Origin: Candidatus Woesearchaeota archaeon CG1_02_57_44
Lineage (GTDB): Archaea > Nanobdellota > Nanobdellia > Woesearchaeales > CG1-02-57-44
Assembly: GCA_001871415.1 (NCBI GenBank)
Contig: MNWW01000028.1
Span: 1-35,105 of the forward strand
Reading direction: 5' to 3'
DNA length: 35,105 nucleotides
Shown: positions 26,836 to 35,105 of the stretch, in pieces
Position numbering within the stretch: position 1 is the first letter of the stretch
How the letters are laid out: each line of letters starts with the position of its first letter
Made by a program: the position numbers and the translations under genes
Notes under the pieces: model-generated
Told to the model about the DNA's origin: nothing
Seen by the model: only the letters and a program-made list of their open reading frames with translations
Database searches by the model: none

Positions 26836-29800
26836 ATGAAACCAATTACGCGATTGCTGGTACTGGTGCTTGTCATTCTTGCGGCGGTCATGTCCATCGG
26901 CTCCCTGATGCCTGCGGTGTTCGCGGCTGAGGACTTTGTAGCCTACGCGAACGGTCAGGCCATAACCAGCTGCCAGTGTAAGACCTACGCGTCAGTAATC
27001 ACCGTGCAGAACACCGGCACTGTGGCCTCAGCGTATAATCTCTACCTTGAGGGTGACGCGGCTCCTTACGCTGCTATCCGCCCGCAGACATTCATCCTTG
27101 GCCCTGACCAGCAGCAGAAGGCGACAGCGTATATCACCCCTCCGTGTACGTTCGCTGGCAACCTGCAACTGCGGACCATTGTCGCCACAAGCACCCTAGA
27201 TAAGGAAATCAACCAGGACATTGTGGTGCAGAACTGCCGTAACCTGGAGCTTTCTGTCGATCGCAGCAGTATAACCGCCTGCTCTGGGACGACCATGACC
27301 TACGGTCTGCTCATCAGCAATCCCGGTCCGTTCGAGGAGACCTATGTGCTCAACGCGACCGCGCTTAATCCAAGCTTCGCTGCGAATCCCGTGGCACTGC
27401 AGCCAGGTACCTCCACCGTCGTTCCCATGCAGGTCGCGACGCCGGAGGGTTTCACCGGAGTCGTCAAGTTCGCGGCGTCGGCGTACGCCGTCAAGTCAGG
27501 CCAGCTGCAGGCGGTCGACCTGACCGCGTATGCGAATGACTGTTATCAGTACACGGCCCTCGTCCAGCCGCAGAGCATCAAGGCGTGCGCGGATGAGTCT
27601 TCTGCCGCGCGTGTGGATATCATCAATAACGGCACGCTCGCCAATGTCTATACCGCGGTGCCATCGCTCACGTATGTGATCGGGTCTTCCGAGTATGTGC
27701 CTGCTGGCAAGCAGGCGTCGATTTCCCTGATTCTCTCTCCCAAGCGCGAGGATATAGGTAATCACACTCTCAATGTGCAGGTGCAGACCGAAAAGGGCAA
27801 ATCGCAATCACTCACCGTGCCTTTGGAAGTGCTCGATTGCTATGGCCTCAGGTTCGAGGCGCAGCCGTATGCGGCGGTCGCGTGTTGCGGCCAGCAGGAT
27901 TATGCCGGCGTGGTCAGGAACACCGGCAGCGTGTCAGAGACCGTGAAGGTGAGCGCGTACGACGACTTCGTGTCCGTGATTCCCGCGGTCTTCTCACTAG
28001 GGCCTGGAAAGGAGCAGCAGGTGATTTTCCACGCCAATCTTCCCTGCGATACGCAGCAACGCGTCATCTCAGGAGAGGCGAATCTGCTTGGGTATCGAAG
28101 CTCGCTGGTGAAGGGCATATCCTTCCCCGTGAAGGTGCTGGACGATGCTGCCTGCTTCGCGCCGACGGTAACGCCAAAGGATGTCGCTGTCGACTACGCG
28201 ACGCGCAGCTTCGATATCAATGTTGCTGCGCCAGGTATCCGCGAGTCCAATTACACCATTGCCCTGGAGCCAGGGCAATTCTGGCAGGCGCAGGTCCAGG
28301 ACAAGCGGTTGAGCGGTCAGGCCTCCGGCCAGGATCATACCGTGTCTGACGCTGCCACGGCCGCAGCAGGGTCTCAGGCAGCATCAGGTTCCTATTCCTT
28401 TTTCATCACGCCGACCAACGAGAGCGCGCAAGGCTTGTATCCAGCGATGCTGACGCTCTACGCGGGCGGAAACGCTTACCCTGCGTCGGTCAATGTGGCG
28501 CTGCGTCATGACTATGTCCATGAAGGCATGGTGGCTGCGTGGCTCGCGATAAAGCCCTATCTTCTGTGGCTCGTGCTGCTCCTGCTGCTGTTGCTTGTCT
28601 TCATCATCCTGCTCAGGCGCCGTAGCGCGGCCAGGCGAAAGCGCACGGTCCAGGCACTGACCCTTGCGGACGAGCAGGCGACCCTGGAGCTGACGCGCAA
28701 GGGGTGGATGGCAGGCGCGTCCTGGCGAAGTGTCCCGGAATCAGGCGCGTCAGCAGGCCTGACGCATCCGTACTTTGAGATAGTGCGCATTGAAGTGGTC
28801 CCGAAGAAGACATTGCGCAATGTGCGCCTGGAGATCCACAAGCTGCTTGAGCGCCCCAAGGTGCCGGCAGTGGACAAAGGCATCGCTTATTTTGATATCA
28901 AAAAGAAGAACTGCGCTGATCGCGACATTGCGTTCGCGCGGGTGACCTTTCGTGTCAGCAGTGCCATGCTCAAGGCATCAGGGCTCAAGTCGCGCGATGT
29001 CGCCCTGCTGCGGTACCGGCGCACGTGGGAGCCGCTGCACACGCGCCATGTGGTGAGCAGCGGTGGCTACGCGTATTTCGAGGCGGTGACCCCCGGTTTC
29101 AGCGTGTTCGCCATCGGCAGGCGTCAATCTAATACGCCCTTCACACGAAAGGCGGCCGCAAGTGATCTCGTGCCCGCGGCAGTAGCGCGCGGCAAGCCAG
29201 CGCAAAAAGGGTCAAAAATGTCCTCAAAGGAACAAGCGAAGCAGCGCTTCCCCTGGGGTTTCCTCATCGCGATCCTCCTCATCCTGCTCCTCGTCGCGTA
29301 CTGGCAGCCGCTGGTCGCGCGCTTCGGACCAGAGCATCCGAGTGCGGTCTTCACCGATGCCAGCACCATCATGCTCTGCGAGGCCGGCCCTGAACTGGCA
29401 GCGCTGCATTTCAATCACACCACAGCGTCGGTGTATGACGTCCGCATGAAAGGTCCCTCATATCTGAACGCGACCGCGCTTCCGGGCCAGGTCGTGCTGA
29501 CGGCGAGTGGTCCACGCGCGCTCGGAAGATCGACAGCAGGCATCACGGTCACAGCGGGGGACGAGCTGGTGGCGAAGACGACAGTTCCTGTCAAGGTCCG
29601 TTCCTGCTTTGCGGCGTCGCTTTCCTCTGTCAAGGATATGGACTGCTGTGGTCTCAAGACGTATGAGCTCAACCTGAGCAACAACGCTGTCGAACCAGGA
29701 ACCTTTTCTCTCTTCGCATCTGATGGGCTCGTGCTCGATCAGAGCGAGTACTGGCTTGCCGCAGGAGACAGTGTGCTGGTTCCTGTGACAGCAGACGTCC

Positions 29801-31704
29801 CCTGTGACGCCACGCTTGATGGTATGGTGCGCGCCACAAGGGCGGCATCGCCACTGCCGGCTATCGAGGCGAAGGTGCAGGTGCAAGGCATCGCGACTAA
29901 GGCATGTTACGCCGCGGAAATCACACAAGAACGCTCAACAGTCTCAACCAAGGGTGGCATCATCCCTTTCACTATCCGCAATGTCGGGATCAAGGAGGCG
30001 CGCTATGGGCTCTTCAGCCCTGACGCGCAGTATCCAGTGGACTTCAACGCTACCCATGTGACACTGGCGCCAGGCCAATCTGAGCGGCTGGACATCATCA
30101 TCGCGCCGTCGGAAGAGTCGACGCAGAATTTCACCATTGGCGCGCTGTTTCTGGGCAACTCCTACTTGCATCCTATGACCGTGAGTATACGTCAGAACGT
30201 CTTCAGCAAGTCTATGGACGCGGCCACAGGATTCTTCTATCCTGACCGTATGCCATGGCTCTGGGCATTGCTCATCGTCCTGTTCATCATCTGGGTGCTG
30301 CTGCTTATTCGTAATCGCAGATCATCGCAGGTGCGCCAGCACTTCTACCAGATGGGCGACGAGGCAGAAGAGGCGACAGCCAAACTGCCGACCGTGCGTA
30401 AGGTCGGTCAGGCGTATGCCTATGAGCACTGGGTCATGCGCATCCACTCTCCCACCTTCGCTATCCGCAAGATAACGCTCCTGACCAACGCCAACGCCAA
30501 GCGCGTGGAAGCGCGCTTGACACGGCTTCCGGCGACAGAAGTCAATGTCAAGGACACCTATCACGCGTATCGCCTGCGCCTTGATGGGGCAAACAAGCAG
30601 GATACCGAGCGCATCGATGTATGGTTCCGTGTGGAGAAGGCGTGGGTCAAGAAACACGGGGTTATCCTCCTGGCTCGCCCGCAGCGCACCTGGCAGCGCA
30701 TAAAGCCAAAAGTGCTGGGCAAGGACGATGGCTATGTGTACTATCAGACGCAGATTCCTTCTGCTGGAACGCTTGTCATCGCGGGCAAGTCCGCGAGCAC
30801 GCTCGCTGATGTCGCTGACGCCAAGACCGCAGCGAAAGGCGCGGCGAGAGGCACGGGGGCTGCGGCAGGCGCGACCAGCGCCAAGGCGCAGCGGGTTGAG
30901 AAGCAGACAGGCAAGAGAACCCCCAAGGCCCCCAGCCGCGGTCGTGAGGTCCTCTTCACCTTGTTCCTCCTCTTCATCGTCCTGCTCATCGCCTACGCGA
31001 TAACGCAGGGCGCGACTGATGGAGAGGGTCTCGGCGAGAACGCCACCAGTCCCATGACGTTTGCGCACAGCAGCGATGCGGCAGGTATTGCTGACGACAA
31101 CGCGACAGCAGCGACGACATCAGGTGTGACCGGCGGTCAGGACGGCGCAGTGACCGGCGCTGATTCATCCGACATGTCGGATATCACCATCTCTCCTATT
31201 ATCATACCGAAGGCCCCAGAGGCATCGGAGACCATAATGGTCCAGAATGAGACGCAAGCTGCGCAGGGTCCGAGCGCTCGTGAGCTGGCAGAGGCCGAGG
31301 TGGCAGCGATGCTCAGCTACATACGCGATAACAATCTCTCTGATTCCTTCTACTATCATGTCTGGCCTGAGGGCTATGCGTACACCATAAACCTTTCAGC
31401 GAATATCATAGACCCTGATCATGGCAGATTGAATTTCACCGTGACGCCGATGGATGATGTCGCCTCGACCGTGCGCGGCGACTTCGCGACCTTCGTGCCG
31501 CCGCCTGGTTTTGTGGGTGTGCGCACGGTGAAGGTGTTCGCCATAGGGCAGGGCAAGCAGGCGCTCACGCCGGATATAACGCTCATCGTCCGTCCCGCCA
31601 CGTGGGTTGAGGCGGCGAAGGTCAATGGTACGGCTGTGCTCGTGCTCGTCATCGTGCTCACCGGCATCATGCTCATGGTCGCGCACAGCAAGAAGCGCAG
31701 GTGA
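26836..31704 (+). CDS. Multi-pass surface protein with Ig/NEW3-like repeats and two PGF-pre-PGF-like domains
   Basis: Signal peptide, Cys-linked Ig-like repeats (xVxNxG...Y), five hydrophobic TM segments, and FEAVTPGFSVFAIG at about 29077-29118. Confidence 0.88.
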   Translation: MKPITRLLVLVLVILAAVMSIGSLMPAVFAAEDFVAYANGQAITSCQCKTYASVITVQNTGTVASAYNLYLEGDAAPYAAIRPQTFILGPDQQQKATAYITPPCTFAGNLQLRTIVATSTLDKEINQDIVVQNCRNLELSVDRSSITACSGTTMTYGLLISNPGPFEETYVLNATALNPSFAANPVALQPGTSTVVPMQVATPEGFTGVVKFAASAYAVKSGQLQAVDLTAYANDCYQYTALVQPQSIKACADESSAARVDIINNGTLANVYTAVPSLTYVIGSSEYVPAGKQASISLILSPKREDIGNHTLNVQVQTEKGKSQSLTVPLEVLDCYGLRFEAQPYAAVACCGQQDYAGVVRNTGSVSETVKVSAYDDFVSVIPAVFSLGPGKEQQVIFHANLPCDTQQRVISGEANLLGYRSSLVKGISFPVKVLDDAACFAPTVTPKDVAVDYATRSFDINVAAPGIRESNYTIALEPGQFWQAQVQDKRLSGQASGQDHTVSDAATAAAGSQAASGSYSFFITPTNESAQGLYPAMLTLYAGGNAYPASVNVALRHDYVHEGMVAAWLAIKPYLLWLVLLLLLLLVFIILLRRRSAARRKRTVQALTLADEQATLELTRKGWMAGASWRSVPESGASAGLTHPYFEIVRIEVVPKKTLRNVRLEIHKLLERPKVPAVDKGIAYFDIKKKNCADRDIAFARVTFRVSSAMLKASGLKSRDVALLRYRRTWEPLHTRHVVSSGGYAYFEAVTPGFSVFAIGRRQSNTPFTRKAAASDLVPAAVARGKPAQKGSKMSSKEQAKQRFPWGFLIAILLILLLVAYWQPLVARFGPEHPSAVFTDASTIMLCEAGPELAALHFNHTTASVYDVRMKGPSYLNATALPGQVVLTASGPRALGRSTAGITVTAGDELVAKTTVPVKVRSCFAASLSSVKDMDCCGLKTYELNLSNNAVEPGTFSLFASDGLVLDQSEYWLAAGDSVLVPVTADVPCDATLDGMVRATRAASPLPAIEAKVQVQGIATKACYAAEITQERSTVSTKGGIIPFTIRNVGIKEARYGLFSPDAQYPVDFNATHVTLAPGQSERLDIIIAPSEESTQNFTIGALFLGNSYLHPMTVSIRQNVFSKSMDAATGFFYPDRMPWLWALLIVLFIIWVLLLIRNRRSSQVRQHFYQMGDEAEEATAKLPTVRKVGQAYAYEHWVMRIHSPTFAIRKITLLTNANAKRVEARLTRLPATEVNVKDTYHAYRLRLDGANKQDTERIDVWFRVEKAWVKKHGVILLARPQRTWQRIKPKVLGKDDGYVYYQTQIPSAGTLVIAGKSASTLADVADAKTAAKGAARGTGAAAGATSAKAQRVEKQTGKRTPKAPSRGREVLFTLFLLFIVLLIAYAITQGATDGEGLGENATSPMTFAHSSDAAGIADDNATAATTSGVTGGQDGAVTGADSSDMSDITISPIIIPKAPEASETIMVQNETQAAQGPSARELAEAEVAAMLSYIRDNNLSDSFYYHVWPEGYAYTINLSANIIDPDHGRLNFTVTPMDDVASTVRGDFATFVPPPGFVGVRTVKVFAIGQGKQALTPDITLIVRPATWVEAAKVNGTAVLVLVIVLTGIMLMVAHSKKRR

Positions 31705-31777
31705 CATCTCTGCCTGATGCGCTGAGACCGTGCTCCGGAGCAGAACTTTTTTCAACCATCTCTTTTCACATTCCTGC

Positions 31778-32599
31778 ATGGCGCAATCTGGCACTGCCCG
31801 TCGCACGGTCCTCATGGTCAAGAACTGCTCGCGCGAAGGCCCCGGGCTGCTCGAGCCCTTGCTCAAGGAGCTGGGCATCGCTTATGCTATCGTCAATCTT
31901 GACGCGGGCGAGCCCTTCCCCGACCCGCGTGGCTATGCTGCATTGGTCGTATTGGGCGGTCCTGACTCTGCCAATGACGATACCTCCAGGATGCGCGATG
32001 AGCTGATGCGCGTCAGGCAGGCGCTTGACGAGGGCATCCCTTTCTTGGGCATCTGTCTCGGCTTGCAGGTTCTGGTGAAGGCCGCGGGCGGCAGCGTGGT
32101 GAGCAGCAAGGTCAGGGAGGTAGGTTGGCGTGATCCGCAGGGAACTCCCTACACCATATCTTTCGTCGGTCCCACCCACGCAGACCCGGACCCGTTGCTC
32201 GCAGGTCTGCCAAAGATAGTGCCTATCTTCCAGCTCCATGGCGAGACCGTCGTGCTGCCGGACGCACAGGACAAGGCAGCTGAAGAAGACGATGGTGGCC
32301 CGGGAGCATCGCTACATCTCCCCGGTTCCCATCAATCTCCTGCCTATCCCATGACGCTCCTCGCCACAGGCGCGCATTGCGAGAACCAATTGGTCCGCGT
32401 GGGAAAGGACGCCTATGGCATACAGGGACATCTGGAGCTGACGCCAGAGATGCTCGCGGTCTGGGCAGAGCAGGATCCTGATCTCATCCCGCTCGGCAGG
32501 GACAAGCTCCTCGCCGGGCACGCAGCGCAACAGGCAGCATACGAGGCGAACGGCAGGCGACTTCTGGAGAATTTCCTGAGGGTCGCCAAGCTCTGCTAG
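31778..32599 (+). CDS. Class I glutamine amidotransferase (stand-alone, GMP-synthase-like)
   Basis: Motifs EGPG, VLGGP, LGICLGLQ (nucleophile Cys), FQLHGET and IQGHLE (His-x-Glu). Confidence 0.93.
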   Translation: MAQSGTARRTVLMVKNCSREGPGLLEPLLKELGIAYAIVNLDAGEPFPDPRGYAALVVLGGPDSANDDTSRMRDELMRVRQALDEGIPFLGICLGLQVLVKAAGGSVVSSKVREVGWRDPQGTPYTISFVGPTHADPDPLLAGLPKIVPIFQLHGETVVLPDAQDKAAEEDDGGPGASLHLPGSHQSPAYPMTLLATGAHCENQLVRVGKDAYGIQGHLELTPEMLAVWAEQDPDLIPLGRDKLLAGHAAQQAAYEANGRRLLENFLRVAKLC

Positions 32600-32608
32600 G
32601 TGAGAGCA

Positions 32609-33595
32609 TCACCCGGTCTGCACGCTCGGGCAGAAATTATACTTGTGCACCTGATACAGGTGCAGGGCCGAGTAGTCTTTGAGGATGTCTGAGAACTTGC
32701 TCTTGACCTCCATCATGAGCTCGCGGAACTGCTCTGCGCTCGAGACTTCCAGGTCCATCTCAAAGTCCCAAGGCCCCAGGGCCTTGACGATGTAGATGAT
32801 ATTCGGATGTATCCTACAGAACTCTCTCAGGCTCTTTTCCCGTTCTTCTGAGACATTCCTGAATCCCAGCAGCACCTTGTAGTGCAGATAGGGGTAGACT
32901 GATTCATTGGGCACGATGTTGTAGTGCCGGATGACTCCTGATCGCTCCAGCTTGCGTATGCGCTCTGCAACAGTATCGGCGCTCACGCCGACGATGCGCG
33001 CTATCTCCACCGCGGTCGTGCGCGCGCTGATGCCGAGCTGCAACAGGATGCTCCAGTCTGTCCCGTCCATCTTCACGGGCGCGGGCACAGCGCCGAAGAA
33101 CGATTCGCGATAAGCGCTGGGCTCCTTCTTGTTGATGAGATAGTCCCTGACAAAGTAATCGCCGCGGATGATGGTGGCTATCTGCCGCTCCGCGATGTTC
33201 TCGCCGAAGCGTTGGTTGAGCTCTGTGAGCGTCTTGTCAAGAAATGCCATGTCGCGCGCCCAGGTCCCGAACGCGATATCATACTTGCCATCGCAGCTCG
33301 CGGCCCAGACCACGTTGGGATGGTTGACGAGAAAGGTGATCAGCTCTTTTTCCTTGCCGCGCTCCAGGTTCTGCAGCCGCAGGAAGTTCTTGTGCACCGT
33401 GAAGCTAAGTTTAGAGATGTCGATGACTGAGTAGAATGTGGTGAGCAGCCGCTCTTTGAGCATGCGCGTGATCCTGAACCCTACGACCTGCTTGGAGACC
33501 CCGACCTTGCCGGCTATCTCTGCGTTGGGCTGTCGCGCGTTCACGTCCAGCTCATAGAGGATCTTGCGGTCCTTGAGGTCAAGGGATATGCTCAT
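32609..33595 (-). CDS. Tandem (double) Lrp/AsnC family transcriptional regulator
   Basis: Two wHTH+RAM units: LDLKDRKILYELDVNARQP..EIAGKVGVSKQVV..RI, and MDGTDWSILLQL..SARTTAVEIARIVGVSADTV.ERIRKLERSGVI. Confidence 0.93.
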   Translation of the reverse strand: MSISLDLKDRKILYELDVNARQPNAEIAGKVGVSKQVVGFRITRMLKERLLTTFYSVIDISKLSFTVHKNFLRLQNLERGKEKELITFLVNHPNVVWAASCDGKYDIAFGTWARDMAFLDKTLTELNQRFGENIAERQIATIIRGDYFVRDYLINKKEPSAYRESFFGAVPAPVKMDGTDWSILLQLGISARTTAVEIARIVGVSADTVAERIRKLERSGVIRHYNIVPNESVYPYLHYKVLLGFRNVSEEREKSLREFCRIHPNIIYIVKALGPWDFEMDLEVSSAEQFRELMMEVKSKFSDILKDYSALHLYQVHKYNFCPSVQTG

Positions 33596-33693
33596 GATTT
33601 CTCAGTATTTCCATTAAATATATAGTTTTTGCGATTTTGTAAAAAATATCTGGAAATAGTTTAATATAGATGTTACCACTCATTTGTCACTAT
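33596..33693. promoter_or_regulatory. AT-rich divergent promoter region between the Lrp and radical SAM genes
   Basis: TATATAT-type box near 33618-33625 (minus strand) and TTTAATAT at 33660-33667 (plus strand), each about 22-27 nt from the respective ATG. Confidence 0.7.
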
Positions 33694-34734
33694 ATGGTAG
33701 AAAACCAAGTGGAGCTGGAAGTGGCCGACCGCCTGCAGAAGATGTATCTGGAGGGGACGCTGGAGAGGAGCATCGCTCTTCTCAATATCACGCGCCCGAA
33801 CATCTGCGAGAAGCGAGGTGAGTCTCAAGAGATAGATGGGCAGGTGCAGCAGTCTTGCCGGGGCTGCGTGACTCAGGGTATCGGTCGCAAGGGGGCGTAC
33901 GCGAGCCTGGAGCAATTGACCGGGATTATAGATTATTTCGCGCAGACCTGGGGGGCGCGAGTGCTCGCCATCCCCGGTCAAGGCAATCCTCTGCACCCTG
34001 CACTCGCGCAGGACACTATGGCCCTCCTGGAATATGCCTTCAACACCTATGGCATGATTGGTTACACCTTCAATGCGGTGGACAATCTCACTGAGGAGAA
34101 CTGCCGGCGCCTGGCCGACGCTCAGGTGAATGTCATGGTTAGTCTCAAGGGGAATCAGTTCATCGACGCGCCATTCTTCCACGACCATCCCCGATACAGT
34201 CCTCCGACCAGGAAGGGTGAGCAGGACCGGCCAAGGATAGCTGAGGAACTCAACCGCTTCTTGGACATATACGGCGACCATCCGGACCAGCCGGCCGAAG
34301 GCCTGACGCGCATCGGCTTTAACTATGTGGTGGGCCCAAGCGATGTCGCTGACCAGGGCGCGAAGCTGGACCGGCTCAGCAAGGCGATACGGGCCAGAGG
34401 CTACTGGTTCGGGGTCAATACGCCCTTTGAGCGCAACGAGGATCAAGGCGTACAGGCACGGCTTGAGGCGCTTCAGCGTGAATATGTTGACCGGCCTCAC
34501 AGTCTCGCCATCAAGACGAGCGATGGAGTCCACCAGTGCGCTCTTGGCAACACCTGGACTGCGACCGTAGGACCGTTCGGTGAGCTGTATCAGTGCCCCT
34601 ACATGGGCGGAATGCAGACAGACGGGTTATTCCAGAAGGTGCTCAATGACGGTCCGGATGCAATGAGCGGCCTGATGCGCAGGTACATGGCCCCGAAGGA
34701 TACGCCGTGCATCATGCGGCCGCATCAGCGATGA
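33694..34734 (+). CDS. Radical SAM-like protein with non-canonical Cys motif and SPASM/twitch-like C-terminus
   Basis: LNITRPNIC-x16-CRGC, SLEQLTGIIDYF..GARVLAIPGQGNP (GGEP equivalent), and C-terminal CALG...VGPFGELYQCPY...C. Start 33694 is preferred over 33670 on TATA spacing. Confidence 0.75.
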   Translation: MVENQVELEVADRLQKMYLEGTLERSIALLNITRPNICEKRGESQEIDGQVQQSCRGCVTQGIGRKGAYASLEQLTGIIDYFAQTWGARVLAIPGQGNPLHPALAQDTMALLEYAFNTYGMIGYTFNAVDNLTEENCRRLADAQVNVMVSLKGNQFIDAPFFHDHPRYSPPTRKGEQDRPRIAEELNRFLDIYGDHPDQPAEGLTRIGFNYVVGPSDVADQGAKLDRLSKAIRARGYWFGVNTPFERNEDQGVQARLEALQREYVDRPHSLAIKTSDGVHQCALGNTWTATVGPFGELYQCPYMGGMQTDGLFQKVLNDGPDAMSGLMRRYMAPKDTPCIMRPHQR

Positions 34735-34872
34735 TCGCGACAATCCATCGACGGCGCTGGCACCCTTGTTGCTGGGGGCTCCTTTGACCAACCTGGTCCA
34801 GACCGCGGTGACCGTGCTGATTCTGGGCGGCTGTGGCTCGAAATTAGGATAAAATTTTGCTGTGTTGCGTAA

Positions 34873-35031
34873 TTAATCGTCAACGATTATGACGTATGCT
34901 CTTTTGCCGATGTATTTCTTTGGCGCGTCAAGTTTTGCTGAGTTGCCAAATGGTGTGATTTGTTTTTCGTAAATCACGTTGACGTGTTCTTTGATGGTCA
35001 GATCGCCTTTTCGTGTTTGGATTTGTCTCAT
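34873..35031 (-). CDS. DUF2080 family transposase-associated small protein
   Basis: Manual translation gives MRQIQTRKGDLTIKEHVNVIYEKQITPFGNSAKLDAPKKYIGKRAYVIIVDD (52 aa); the TPFGNSAK..PKKYIGKRAYVII pattern fits DUF2080. GAAAAGTATATAAG promoter lies about 25 nt upstream. Below the ORF-track size cutoff. Confidence 0.85.
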   Translation of the reverse strand: MRQIQTRKGDLTIKEHVNVIYEKQITPFGNSAKLDAPKKYIGKRAYVIIVDD

Positions 35032-35084
35032 AATCAGGATATCCATAGATATCCTTATATACTTTTCGGTTCTAAAGAGGATAC

Positions 35085-35105
35085 ATGACGAATCTCGACA
35101 AGAAA
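35085..35105 (+). CDS. Possible 5' end of a gene running off the window (MTNLDKK...)
   Basis: ATG preceded by GAGGA; only 7 codons are visible. Confidence 0.3.

Noticed and set aside
4411..34533. Long antisense ORFs (4411..5466, 9428..10342, 10529..11416, 23855..25324, 30322..31068, 33673..34533)
   Set aside because: These are shadow ORFs opposite well-supported genes, expected in GC-rich DNA, and show no protein motifs.

Overview
A GC-rich archaeal segment, most consistent with a DPANN/Woesearchaeota-like genome. That taxonomy is inferred from the AglB type, a class III signal-peptide protein, a tandem Lrp regulator, DUF2080, and TATA boxes about 22-27 nt before start codons. From left to right: (1) the 5' end of a transketolase gene, absent from the ORF track, diverges from a ribbon-helix-helix/degenerate nucleotidyltransferase fusion, with a candidate operator at both promoters. 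(2) A minus-strand operon of exported proteins: a pilin-like protein, a gingipain-like (C25, clan CD) cysteine protease and two unknowns, with an alternating inverted 16-bp tandem array inside it. (3) An N-glycosylation locus: geranylgeranyl reductase family, AglB/STT3, GT2, DUF2304 and GT9. (4) A roughly 17.5-kb plus-strand cell-surface island: a 911-aa protein, a short and a giant (14 PKD domains) paralog pair, a CARDB/S-layer-like protein, and a 5-TM protein with apparently cytoplasmic PGF-pre-PGF domains. (5) A class I glutamine amidotransferase, a double Lrp/AsnC regulator, and a divergent radical SAM protein with a non-canonical CX16CX2C motif. (6) An AT-richer right end with a DUF2080 gene. 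I saw no tRNA, rRNA, CRISPR array, transposase or reverse transcriptase. All calls come from reading motifs by eye; no searches were run.
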